Source: Podarcis pityusensis (lineage: Eukaryota). Taken from it: 64,000 nucleotides of DNA. The DNA lies in assembly GCA_964106645.2 (NCBI GenBank), contig OZ067042.1, one strand, 5' to 3'. Of the stretch, positions 40,601-53,561 are shown in pieces. The notes under the pieces were generated by a model that saw nothing but the letters and a program-made list of their open reading frames with translations, was not told where the DNA came from and did no database searches. A program made the translations under genes and the position numbers. The stretch's first letter is position 1. Every line of letters begins with the position of its first letter.

Positions 40601-43600
40601 CTACTCCTTCTCTTAGCAGGTTTCATAGTACAAACGTATACGAAAGAAAGAAGAAAGAAAGAAAGAATCTTTAAAATATTTCATATACCAATGTAATAAC
40701 ATACAATTTACATGCAAGTACATGACAGCACTGTCTGCCCCCAGGCTGTTTTCCACCTGCGCTGTTACTCGGAAAATCCCCACATTCTGGTAGACGTGCT
40801 TGATCCCATCTTCTGTGGAGCTTAGATTGGCGTACGACACAGCACTGCCGTCTCCAAAATCCACACGGATTATTGATCTTTGAATGTCACCCTAAATTAG
40901 AGAGGTAGAGAGGATAATTAGTATAAAATAGATATGGAATCCAGGGCAATTTGAATATTTGCCATCTTGAAAGGTATTCAGGTATACAAGTAAGAATCTA
41001 CATTTATAGGGATCAGTCAAAATCTTACGTCTGGTTCAGCAAAAATTAGTTGGGGGGGGGGATTTTGACAAAACCACTGAGGCAAAACTAAACAAAAAGA
41101 ATGAAATTGTCTTGGGGTAGGCAAAGTTATTCTGGGGAGGGGGCTTCTTGCCTTTTTTCTGTTTAAGAGCCCCTGCCAAAATCAGTGAATTAGAACACAA
41201 AAGTAGAAACTGCCAGTCCTGGCACAATTGTTCTCTGCTCCCCAAACCATTTCAGGGGTTCACAACATGAGTTGAATTATGACTCCCAAAATTGCTGCTC
41301 CCAATTTTCTGCCTGCGAATGGGATAGTAAATTGGAGGCAGCTGTTTTGGCACACCACAATAATTGGGTTTTGGTGAACCACAGAAACACTTAATGCTAC
41401 TCTGCCTAAACTTCCTTGTGGATTGCCGTATCTGGGAGACATTCTGCAATGCTGTCAGATCTCAAAAATGGATCTCAGAATGACAGGACTGCTTGAATGC
41501 CACAAAAGTCAGAACCCTAAAGATGCAAAATCTCATTTAGGAATTTTACAACAAAGTGACTGTGTGTACGTATATGTGAATGTGTATGTGTGTATATCTG
41601 TGAGATAAATGTTTGTTCGTAACGACATTTTAAATAAGCCTATGCATGTTTAATTTGGAAGTTAAGTCCCACTGTGTTCAATGGTGCTTATTCCACCATA
41701 GACAGGTTTGCCGTCTAAGTCCCTCACACCCTTCAAGAAACCATCTGGCATCAACTCCAGACAAGCAAGAGCTTTCCTTGCACTGCTGATATCAGCAGTG
41801 AAAAAGAAAGTTCGCTTCTGCTCATGGCACTCTTATTTCAGGCTTTTTCTCAGAGAGAAGTCATGCCTCTGCTGTACCAAATTATTCTGGAAATGTAGAA
41901 TAATACATTGATGTCACACAATGTACAAACGGTCTCTTGTTGGGTTATGGGTAGAAGTGTGTGCAAACTTTATTTCATTTCATTTTTAAAGCATCTCACA
42001 AAAACACATTTTTATCTTGTAAATAAGGTACCTGGAGAAAGCAAAGTGGGTTTAAAAGTTTTCAACCCTCACACTGTTCTTGCCTACTCAGATGCAGACA
42101 GTGGTGCTTTTTCTGGGAGGATGCAAGGGTATACATACCCCTAAACATTTTGTGAATCTTTGTACTTTAGTCCATTTACTGTATTTAGTTTTCCTGACTT
42201 GAACTATAAAATGGTGATTTTCTTAAGTCAAAATAAGAGTACCTCTAAACATTTTTTTTTAGAAAAAAAAGCAATGGATGTAGGCATCACGGGGTTCACT
42301 GATACTTGCTCCCAGCACAAGGTGTACATGGGTATAGCAGCCTTGGCATAATATAAAAAGGACTTAGAAAAAGATATTGAGTCGCTTCTAATATGTCTTC
42401 TTCTTTTTAATCCCTTTTAATAAATTTTGGTGGGCCAAAGAATATGCTGAGTCTACAGCTGTCCAAGGAGCAGAAAATCACTTTGGAGCTCAGCAGGACG
42501 TGGACTTCTGATTCACATCATGGCTTCCTGCTGAGAAAGGTGCCTCCTTCCAGTCTAATTAGAGGAGACCTACAGCTGCCACGCTTCCAGTGCCTCTTTC
42601 ACAAGATGAATTTCCTTGCTTTTTCCAGTTCATTCCTGTTAAAATTATTTAATCCTTTGAACTGAAAATGCCTCCCACCTGTCCCTGAACTGAATACACA
42701 ACCTGTAGTTCAGGATTTAACACATTTCTGAAAGGCCATGTTTCAAAAGCTGGCATTTAAGAACTTCAGTATTTCAGGGCAAGCAGCTTTTATGCAATAG
42801 TGTGACGAGCAGGACAGATTTTTTCTGTGCCAGCAAAGAAAAACAAGAAGAGGGGCAAAAGGAGACCCCCAAAACTTAACATTTCTAAGTGTGTTGAAAG
42901 TTGACTTCATAGTTCCACAGCATAGGGGACAGGTTGTTGTTCAGTGGTATAGCGCTTGATTTGCATACAAGAGAGGTTCCAGGTTCAATACCTGCTGTTT
43001 CCAGATAGTGGGACAGAGTCCTGCTTGAAACCCTGGGCAGCCAGTTAAGAGTCAAATCATATGGAACTAGATGAAACAATAGTCTGACTTGGTATAACGC
43101 ACTTTCCTAGGTTCCTGTGTTGCTTCCCACAGGTCTTTTTTCCCCTGCATCCCATAAATTGGTCAGAACATCTTTCACAGTATTGTATACATAGGAAGTG
43201 CATTTCTGCATGATGTGCTTATACCACAGTCCAAACATAAAGCATAAGTCCAAATGGCTTGAGAACACTTCTGTAATCAGGTGTTTGACTAAATCACAGT
43301 GTAGGGTGTCCAGGAGATTACAGTGTAGGGTGTAGAAAGCTGCACAAGAGCAACTCAGTAAATATTGAATATCGCTAGGTATGTGTAACTGACACCCATA
43401 ATGAGGATTTCTACAGTACATGAAATTACAAAAGACTGATCTGTATCTGTCATTCCCCCCCCCCCTTCATTCATCACAGTGACAAATGTAGTGCTAGACT
43501 GAATAGTTTTGTGACTCTGCTGAGCTCAGATAATAAGGTAGGCAGTAAAGGGAACACATTTCTCCCACAGGTTTTACATCAATGCATCAAAGCTGTGATT

Positions 43601-46006
43601 CTAAGTGTATCTTAATCATTTCTTCCCCAAAGTCTCCTTAAGATGGTCCTCTATGGCATCCAATAGTGCTCAAACATTCTCCGAGTACCTGAATATTTAT
43701 CAAATAGTCTCCAAATACTTAATACTGAAAAGCACATGCTTTGTGTGCAAAAAGCACCAAGTTCAATCCCCGGCATCTCCTGCCTGATAGAAATACTGCT
43801 GTCTGAAACCCTGGATTGCTGCAGTGCACGTAATCCAGAGAGGGGCAAGTTGAATGGGGGCTTTTCATGGAGTGGGCACAATCTGATGTTCTTGCTGTTG
43901 TGGCTGCACTGCACCAAGCTCCCTGCTGCTTTGCCCTCTCTCTCCCTCTCTCAGTAACCAGCACTGGGAAGCCAGGTCAGCAACACAGTCCTGCCTGTAC
44001 TGTTCTGCCACCTGCTGCTGCTTGTATCCGTGCATATTTCTTTTTTTAAAAATGATCTGTTTCTGAATTGTTCTGTGCTCTCTCTATGAGAGAGCTGCAT
44101 CAACAAGAAGCACAGCATCCAGATCAAGGGAAGCAATAAAGGTAAAGGACCCCTGACAGTTAAGTCCAGTAGCAGACAACTCTGGGATTGCAGCACTCAT
44201 CTCACTTTACAGGCCGAGGGAGCTGGCGTTTGTCCTCAGACAGTTTTTCTGGGTCCTGGCGCCAGCTTGACTAAGCCACTTCTGGTGCAACGGAACACTG
44301 AAACCAGAGCAGTGCACAGAAATGCTGTTTACCTTTCCACTGGAGTGGTACCTATTTATCTACTTGCACTTTTTTTTTTGGCGTGCATTTGAACTGCTAG
44401 GTTGGCAGGAGCTGTGACCGAGTACCAGGAGCTCACCCCGTCATGGGGATTCGAACTGCTGACCTTCTGATCAGCAAGCCCAAGAGGCTTAGTGGTTTAG
44501 ACCACAGCGCCACCCGCATCCCTTAAGGGAAGTAATAGTCCCACTCTATTCTGCCATAGTCAGACCACACCTGGAATAACTGTGTGTCCTGTTCTGAAAA
44601 CCACAATTTAAGAAGGATATTGACAAACTGGAATGTGTGCAGAGAAGGGAGACCAAAATGATCAAGGGTCCTGAAATAAAGCCTTATGAGGAATGGTTGA
44701 GGAAGTTGTGTATGTTTGGCCTGGAAAAACAGGAGACTGGGAGGAGCCATGATAGCTATCTTCAAGTATCTAAGGGTTGTCACATGGACGATGGAGTCAG
44801 CTTGTTTTCTTGTGCTCCAGAGGGTAGGACCCAAACCAATGATGTCAAGTTACAAGAAAGGAGATTCCAACTTAACATCAGGAAAAACTTTATGATAGTA
44901 AGAGCTTTTTGACAGTAGACCAGACTCCCTTGGGAGGTGGTGGACTATCCTTCATTGGAAGTATTTAAGCAGAGGTTGAACGGCCATCTGTCTTGGATGC
45001 TTTAGTTGAGATTCCTGTATTGCACAGAGTTGGACTAGATGACCCTGGGGTCCATTTTATCTCTCCAGTTCTGTAATTCTATGATTCTAAGCAGTTTCCA
45101 ACCCTTCCATCAACTCAACGTGTTTGGAGTGCCCCGAGGAAATAATTCACTATGATTAAAAGCTAGCCCTATCCATCAAAGTAAGAGATCCTCTCCCCCA
45201 ACTCTCCATCACCTTCCCTCTTGAGCTCTGTGGGGCTTCCTTAGTCGGGTCCAAACAGAGTCACTTGAAAATGAAGTGATACACCTCAAGGCATCTTGAT
45301 AATAGAACAATCTAATGAGGTAAAATGAGAACCTTCCTTGAATGCACCTTGTAATTCAGGGTATACACAGAGCTGAGGCACATGCCTAACCCATGGCTAT
45401 ATAAACAAGTAATGTGTTAAATAATTAGCTGCATTTTATACCTGAATTCTTCTCACAGCCTCTGAGATTCTTTACACCTATGGGTTCAAAAGTAACAGCC
45501 TGACCCATTTACAGAATATGATTATAACTTGATTACGTGTAAGTCATGCATGGAGTTTCAATGTGGGAGGAGATGATACTGCTAATTTTAATCATCTTAA
45601 TGAGGACAACACCTTCAAACAATCAATTTCAGTCTCACCCAAGAGGCTGCAAGCATGATTTTTTTCTATGAAGTGCTGGGCCTTACATGTAAATCAAAGT
45701 GTTAAACAATGAGATGTAAACAAAATGTTTTTAAATCTAGTCCCAAGCTTCACATTTAATTGGAAGCTTTCAGTTAAGCAATGACTTGTTATCTCTTTAT
45801 CCTTGCAGATGTTTAAAACATATTTTAAATCAGATTTTGCAACAGGCAGTTGTTGTTTCTCCTCTGTTGTCTTCCAGAATGTAATTCTCAAACATTTGCT
45901 TTTTCTGGTCTTTATGCAGATTAACTCAATTTTTTCAGCCCATAGTTCAGTGCAGAGATGGTGCTTAACTGGTTTTTAAGACAGCTAGAGCATAGGAATT
46001 CTAATT

Positions 46007-46048
<42 letters not shown>

Positions 46049-49000
46049 GTCTTGAGCCAAATTTAGATTGGATTTGGAGTAAGAAAATTGGTAGCAAAAA
46101 ACTTTCCATATCTCAACACAAATATACTCTCTATACTTATATGCTATCTTATATTGTGTAAATTGCTTCGATTCAGATGCTGCAGTCAGTTTTGTAGCAC
46201 CTATTTCTTAAACATGTATAAACATGGGAACTGATGGGTGAGGTTTTCTCTAGATTTCTGCAGAGTGAATGCCCCATCTTAACTCCTTGCAAACGCACAC
46301 ATTACTATCTTGCAAATGCACCTATCATAAAACTATCCTATGAGTATTTGCATTTGATAATGTTGAGTTCAATGGTTGATAGAACGGATGTCAGGGTCTT
46401 TATTATCCCTTGATTGTCTTTTCACCAGTAGGTGCTGACTTTTCAAATCACTAAGATGTGGGATTGAAGAAGAATATAACTGTCTGTTTCAGCATGGAAA
46501 CTAATCCTCAACCAGCACTTCTTCAGCAAGACTGGGTGTCCTCCATGCCTCATGTAAGTAACAAATGGTAGTTGACAGAATGCATTGTTTCAGAAATGTA
46601 CATTTTCCATATCCTCTAAATGCTGGCTTTGCCATTTGCTTGGCAATATTTGCCCAGGTAACTTCACTTTCGGGTCTACCCTTCAAGGAATTGGGAAGGG
46701 CAAAAGTGGAAGTGAGCAAAGGTTACAGAAGTTAACGAAGCCCTGCTTATGGTAGACCAGATACACAGCTCATATTTATGAAGCCATTAATCAGTTAAAT
46801 CCCACTGGCCAATTAATTGTGTTCACTTCTATCCATTTTCTTCTAAACGATTCAGACTCAAAAGCCCCAGTGGGAAATGTGGGAAAGACAACATACCTCC
46901 TCCAGCTGCACCATGAAGGTAACATTGTGCCCTTGTTCTGATGTCAATGTGCCATCTGAAGTGACAACTCGGAGTCCTCGTGGGGCTTTGCCAGGACACT
47001 GCTGAGGCTTGGCTGTGTACTGTTCACGCACACCATCTGTGCAGTTATTAGATACAACCTTCCTATACCTGTTGAAAGCGGGAAGCAGACACAACAGTTT
47101 AAGGAAGGACCACTGCAAGTTGCTTACTTAAGACTATCCCTTTTCAAGACCACCGCCACAACATCCCAGTTAGTTTAAGCAAATCATAACAATAACAGCA
47201 ACTGTTATTATTTCATCACTTCTTACAGAAAAAGTCTCATAGCCATTCACAACAAATTAAGAATGCACAGATATAATAAAGCAGCCAAAATAAATAAGAC
47301 CATTAATGACACTAAATGTTAATCTGACAGCAATTGATAATAAGGAATTTTATCACAAAACAGCATAGGTAGCATGCACACTTAAAAGCAGATTCAAAGC
47401 AGATTCCCTCAAAGAAATAGTTGTAGTTTACCTCTCACAGAGCTAAAATTGCCAGAAACTCGTAAAAAAACTACTGTGCCCATAACTCTTTGAGGGGTGT
47501 ATGTTTGCTTTTCATGTGCTTTAAAGGTATAGTGTTTACACAACCTAACACAAAATGAGGATAAATGGAGAAGCAGAGATGCCACCATTTCCAAAGCTCT
47601 GGCACTGATGTCAGCCAGAGAGGAAGGATAAATATGACTCTAGACTGCCAGCTCTAGACTGGCACAGCAGGGAAGGCTGGGTCATATGCATCACCGGTAG
47701 CTAGACTGTCTTAGAATCCCTTGGCAAGCCCCTCCACATTTGAAGCCTTGCACTGCAATAGACCTGATGAACAGCATGAGGAAAGCTTAACAACCATTCA
47801 CAAATAATATTAACAACTAGATTCTGGTAAGTCTGATCTGAAAACAACTCACCCAGTGCTGTTGAGATAACTCTGACCAATACTGCAGTCTTTTGACAAG
47901 GAGGATGGGTTGTACCAAAATGCAGGCAAGCACTGGCCATTGCTGTGACGCTCAAATCCATAGTCACTGGTTTGAATGAAGGAGAGATTGTTTCAGTGAT
48001 ATGCGAATCAGAAGCACATAATTCTGAGAGATCATGTTACAGTGAAGCCTGCAGAGGTATACCACATTCACATAAATACAGCCCTGGAAGCTTACTTTGT
48101 CTTCTGCACATATATCGATTTCACACAGGTATACATACATCTGTCTACAACTTGAGGGTGGTGTTCTACAGCTCTGGGCTTCTTGTCTGCATTTGCCTCA
48201 ATCAGTAATCATGGGCATACATAGAAGTTGGTCAAATTGGCTCCTACCAATGGCTCAAAAACCATACCTCCCCACTCTTGCTTGGAGTGGCTAGGCCCCC
48301 CGCCTCCATCTGTTTGCATGCTCAGACAGATGGACCAACAGAGGAGGAGGAGGAGGAAGAGAGGCGGAGGGGAGCAGCAATGGAGAAAGACATTGGCAGA
48401 GCATGAAAGGTGAAAAAAGCGCAAACTTTTTGAGTTTCTGGTCTCTCCCGGCTTCAGAGGCACCAATACCTCTCCTTGCCAAGGGCACATGTGGGGTGGG
48501 TGAGGGTGCTGATATAGCTCCTTGCCAAGGGCACAAGGAAGCCTAGGTATGGCTCTGTCAGTAACTATACAGCTTTTGAGCCTGGTTGATTTTGGATTAT
48601 GACCATTCATTTCAGTATCATAATTTTAGCAGAAACTACTTTTTAGTACCCAGTGGATGGGTAGGTCAAAGCACAGTGAATATGTACCAGACTCCCCATG
48701 CATTTTGTCGCCTTCACTTCTTTGGGTTGTGTGATGTTGGAAGTTATCTAGAGGATAACTATGGCCAGAGGAAATGAAGCTGCCTTATATCAGATCTCAC
48801 CATTGGTCAATCTAGTTCAGTAGATTGTCTATTCTGACTCCCCACTAGTTTCTAAGATTGCCCCCCAGATTTGATATCTGAGATCCTTTTACTGGAGATG
48901 TCAGAGGGTGAATGTGGAACCTTTTGGGTGCAAAATGTGTGGTCCACAACTGAGCTGAGTGTTGTCCCAGGAATTGCTCAATTTCCTTTGAAAACAAAGG

Positions 49001-52000
49001 GAGGGGAGAATGAAGGCTGAACTTCTGCTAAGACTGCACAAGAAAAGGTACAGAGGTAGAGAAGGGATGATGCAGTTAGCGCTTATTGGACAGCCCTGTC
49101 CAGTGCTATTTTTCTAGAAAAAGAGGTTCTGTAATTCACAATGAACACCCCCCTCATTCTTTTAGAATGGCAATGGCACCTACCTTAGAGGTGCCAGAAC
49201 TCAGCTCCTGTGAGTTCCAGCTGAAAAAAAAGCCCTGACCCCATCCGTTCTTTTTGGCAATGGAATTGAGCCAACATTTTCACTTCACTCTTTCATATGT
49301 ATAACATTCCTGAGTCTTTTTGCAAGCATGCTAAACACTGGTTAATTGTTTTGCAAACAGATACTTGGTTACCCAAAGGATGCAAAATAATTTTATAAGC
49401 ATCCTAAGTGGAGAGACAGCGTAAAGGCTATTGAAATTATCATTCCACAAGTGATAAAACTCATTTTCATTTATTTATAAATGAGGTTTCTTTCCTCTGT
49501 AATCTGATTGTCAACACACTGAAATGCTTGTATTGCTGAGGTCTCATGTATCAATATAATTAAAAAGCTGTAACGCTGCACTCTCACAGCATGTTCAATA
49601 ATCAAGTGAAAGGCAGAGCAGCAAAATATGCAGAAAAGAGAATACGTGTTCAAAGCCTGATTTAATCAGTTTGGGTTTTTATGCTACATGCACCCATTTT
49701 TCTAGGCAAGGAATCCTAGATGATATCTCTCAGTGCTGGATATGGATGACACAAGTGCTTAATTTTGAAAAGAGCAGAAGCAGGGCTCAAGCTGTCCTTT
49801 GAATTGCCTTGGGAGTCCTGCCTTAGTTAAGATGTTTTGAGAGCTGGATGTAGGTGACAGAAAAACACTCTGCATATACTCAGAGATGCATATCTTCATA
49901 TATTCCAGGACTGAACTCTGTCAATGAAATCATGATTCAGACCTCATATTTAGAGTCTATGATTTATCAATAATGAATCTGCATAAACATGCAATTCAAT
50001 ATAATGTGCCAATATACTATAGATTACTATGCTATATAACTCCACACCCCCATAATATACTGAACTGGTGGATATGGGCCATATCCCTTTGTTGAGGCAA
50101 TTGGACCCCTTCAAATCTCTATCATTATTGTCAGGGCCACTTCATTTGTATGTATGTTTGTATGGACATGCTCTTATTTGGATGCTTTCTCCACCTCCCC
50201 CCCCCCCCTTTGTTGCTTAATAGTGGTGCAAGGGCACTTCCAGAGAGATTGTTTATTCACACAAAATATGGTTGGCATCCCAAACTTTCCAGCACAACTC
50301 TCTTATCCCTTTCGTAAGTGCAAAATGTCTGACTAAAAATTTGGAAAGTGCAGTATAACAACCACTAGCTAGCAATGTTGTGTAATCTCCACTTGTAGAT
50401 ATCACAATGAATGTTCACTAAACAGGTACATTGTACAACCTCTGTGTAAGGCTTGTGTGAATGTATCAGCATGAATGCCCAATGAGAAGCCTGTCTGGAA
50501 ACTCCCCAAAGCTCCTTTAGAGCAAGGACTAGGAGAAGAGGCATGTAGACTCAAAGTAAACTTGAGCATGGAAGCAATCTCTTGGAACTGAGAGATTGCA
50601 TGCATCCTTGCTTGTTATACTCACTAGTGTCTAAGTAGAGCGTTCTTGATGGACTGTAACATTTGCCCTGGCAGCCTTGGATTTGCCATTTCCAGGACCC
50701 CTCCATCTATATTAAATATCTAGTTGCCCTGAGAATCTAATGTTTCCCAGGGTCCATCGCACCTAGGATACAGCTGAAATAAATAAAAAATGGTCCAGTA
50801 GCACCTTAAAGACCAACTAAGTTTGTTCTGGGTATAAGCTATAAGGCGGGGAAAAGCTTATACCCAGAACAAACTTAGTTGGTCTCTAAGGTGCTACTGG
50901 ACAATTCTTTATTTATTTCAACTGTGTCAGACTAACACAGCTACCTACCTGAATCTAGGATACAGCTGTAGCAGCATTTCTGAAGATACAAGAGTTGGAG
51001 GTGTGGGAGTGACAGAGGGCAATTTGTGTGTTTGCACGACTAGCAGAATGGATGTGTGGGCATGGGGTACTAAACTCTTCTCTTGCCTGTACCTAGCTGG
51101 AAGAAGAGTCATTGGGGAAAGGAGGTGTATGCATGGAGGTGAAGTGTGGTTGGTGGAGAAGATTCTACAATTCTCACCTGCGCACACCTTTTGGATTCCC
51201 TCCTGGCATCTTCACCATATAGCAAACCTCTTTACCCTGACTTTTGACACCTGAGATGTATATTTTTAGGTTCCGCCTTAATTCTGAGATTGTAAGTTGT
51301 TTGAAACTGTTTGCCCAGGCAGGTGCATTATGTGGCCCATGAGAGCAGCAAAATAAGCAGACTGTACAACGGTGATGGGATAAAATCAGGCCAAACCTTG
51401 ATTGATAGCAGTAGACAGGGCAAGGGTTGGCATGGCATTGGGTCCCAGGATCAGTTCATCATTCCACAAGTCCCATGTTGATGGAATGGATCTGCTGGGT
51501 TTGGATCGCTCCAAACCCGTATGACAGGAGTCAGCCAGTGTTGAACCTTACCGTGGTGCAAACCAAGCAAGCAAGCAAGGTCTCACTGGGGGACCAGGTG
51601 CAGATTCCAAGCACTGGCAGAGCAACGGGAGTGCGGAGGGAACAGACCACCCCCGGCAGCACTATGCTACACCCCACAGGCAGCACATCACACCCCCAGA
51701 ATGCGCACCACACCTCTGCGGGTGCTGCGCCACTCCCCCCAAGGCACGTGTCATGCCCCCCAGGGGGCGCCAGTCACGCCCCCGCCTGCTCTCCACTCCC
51801 ATGCAGCTTCGTCACTGATTCCAAGCAGGCAGATACTGAATTCTCAGACCCCTTATGCCCCCCCAGGCTAGGTTGATCCTGCCCAATGCCATTTTCGCCC
51901 TCATACAAACAACGCTCTTCCACCTAACAAAGGAAGGGAAATGTGAGAAAAACGCCAACGAAGTGCTAATCGGGTTGAGAAAGAAAAAATCATTTCCAGT

Positions 52001-53525
52001 CCTGTCAACCAACAATCCAAAATTGCTCACTGAAGGCTCTAACCCGGAGGTGGGCAGGAAGGAAGTTCTCATACCAAAATGACTGTGAGCTCCAGGGGAA
52101 GCAGCCTTATATAGTGGTACCTCAGGTTAAGTACTTAATTCGTTCTGGAGGTCCGTTCTTAACCTGAAACTGTTCTTAACCTGAAGCACCACTTAAGCTA
52201 ATGGGCCCTCCTGCTGCTGCTGCGCCGCGGCTGCACGATTTCTGTTCTCATCCTGAAGCAAAGTTCTTAACCTGAGGTACTATTTCTGGGTTAGCGGAGT
52301 CTGTAGCCTGAAGCGTATGTAACCTGAGGTACCACTGTATAGGCTTCCCTTCCCCTCTGCAACAAGGACAGCTTTTTCCTATGAGCGCATCACACAGAGA
52401 AGATACTAAGCAAAAATCTTGCCCAGCATTTTGCTGCAATCTATGGGCCCCTGTGCTGCCAGGCAAAGGCGTCCCATGCTTATTGGGTACGGAACAGGGC
52501 TTTTAGCATCAGCGGCGTAGCGTGGGTAGTCAGCACCCGGGGCAAGGCAAGTAATTTGCGCCCCCTAACCCGGGGCAAGGCAAGTAATTTGCGCCCCCTA
52601 ACCCCTAACCATGGTCATTAATACTGACGGCTCTACTCTGGGGCAAATTTCGTAGTGACTACTGCCCTCCGTGGTGTTGTTTTTGCAATTAAAGGACCCC
52701 TGCCTCAAATAAAGCATGGGGATTGGGCACTGGGATTTGCCAAGGGAGCTGGGAATTGCAGTTCAGTGGCGGGTCAGGGGGAGAGGGTCCCTTCCGCGTC
52801 TGGGTGCCGTGGGCCCCTTTGCGCCAAGACGCGCGTCTTTGGGCGTTGCGGCGCAGCCTTCTCGGTCTCCCTCCCCGGCCCGGCTAGCCCTGACGCGGCT
52901 TCTTTCTGGCGCGGGGAGGGGGCGCCTCTGGGGCCAGTGGGTTGGCCAGCCTCCGGCGCGGGTGGGCGGGCCCCGTCGGGGCGGGTGGGCGGCGTGGCGC
53001 TTGGTGCCGAAGCCTCCGCCCGCAGCACCCCATCGGGAGACCTGGCCGGAAGGAGCCTCGAGCCGGCTGTCGGACGCGGCTGAAGCAGCCAGGGCGGCAT
53101 GGCAGGCGGCGGCGGCTCCCCGGCAACTCCATGCGGCCAGCCCTGCGCGCTGGCCGAGCCCCGCAGGCGAACGCTGCCCGTCGGTGAGGAGGGGCTGCCT
53201 GGCGCGCCTTCCGCAGCGAGCGCTGAGAGCCGCTGCCATGGGGCTCTGGGCGATTCCGGAGGCAGCGAGCGCGCCCCCCCCAGAAGTTGCGCCCGGTGCG
53301 GCCGGCACCCCTGGCACCCCCCACGCTACGCCACTGTTTAGCATTGTGTTTTAAGTGCTATAGCCCAGCTTGCGATTTTAAATTGAAGGACAAGTAGTGA
53401 AACAACAGCAACAACTTTAACTTCCATTTAAGATACATTTGTATGTTTCTACCACAAAACTAGCTCTCTGCAGTAAGCAAACAGATGCTGACTTTTGATT
53501 GCAACATTTTTTGGTTTTGGCAACT

Positions 53526-53561
<36 letters not shown>

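Noticed and set aside
52655-53354. Overlapping 80-212 aa ORFs on both strands
   Set aside because: Ala/Arg/Gly/Pro-rich products expected from stop-poor GC-rich DNA; no recognisable domain; almost wholly inside a TIR element
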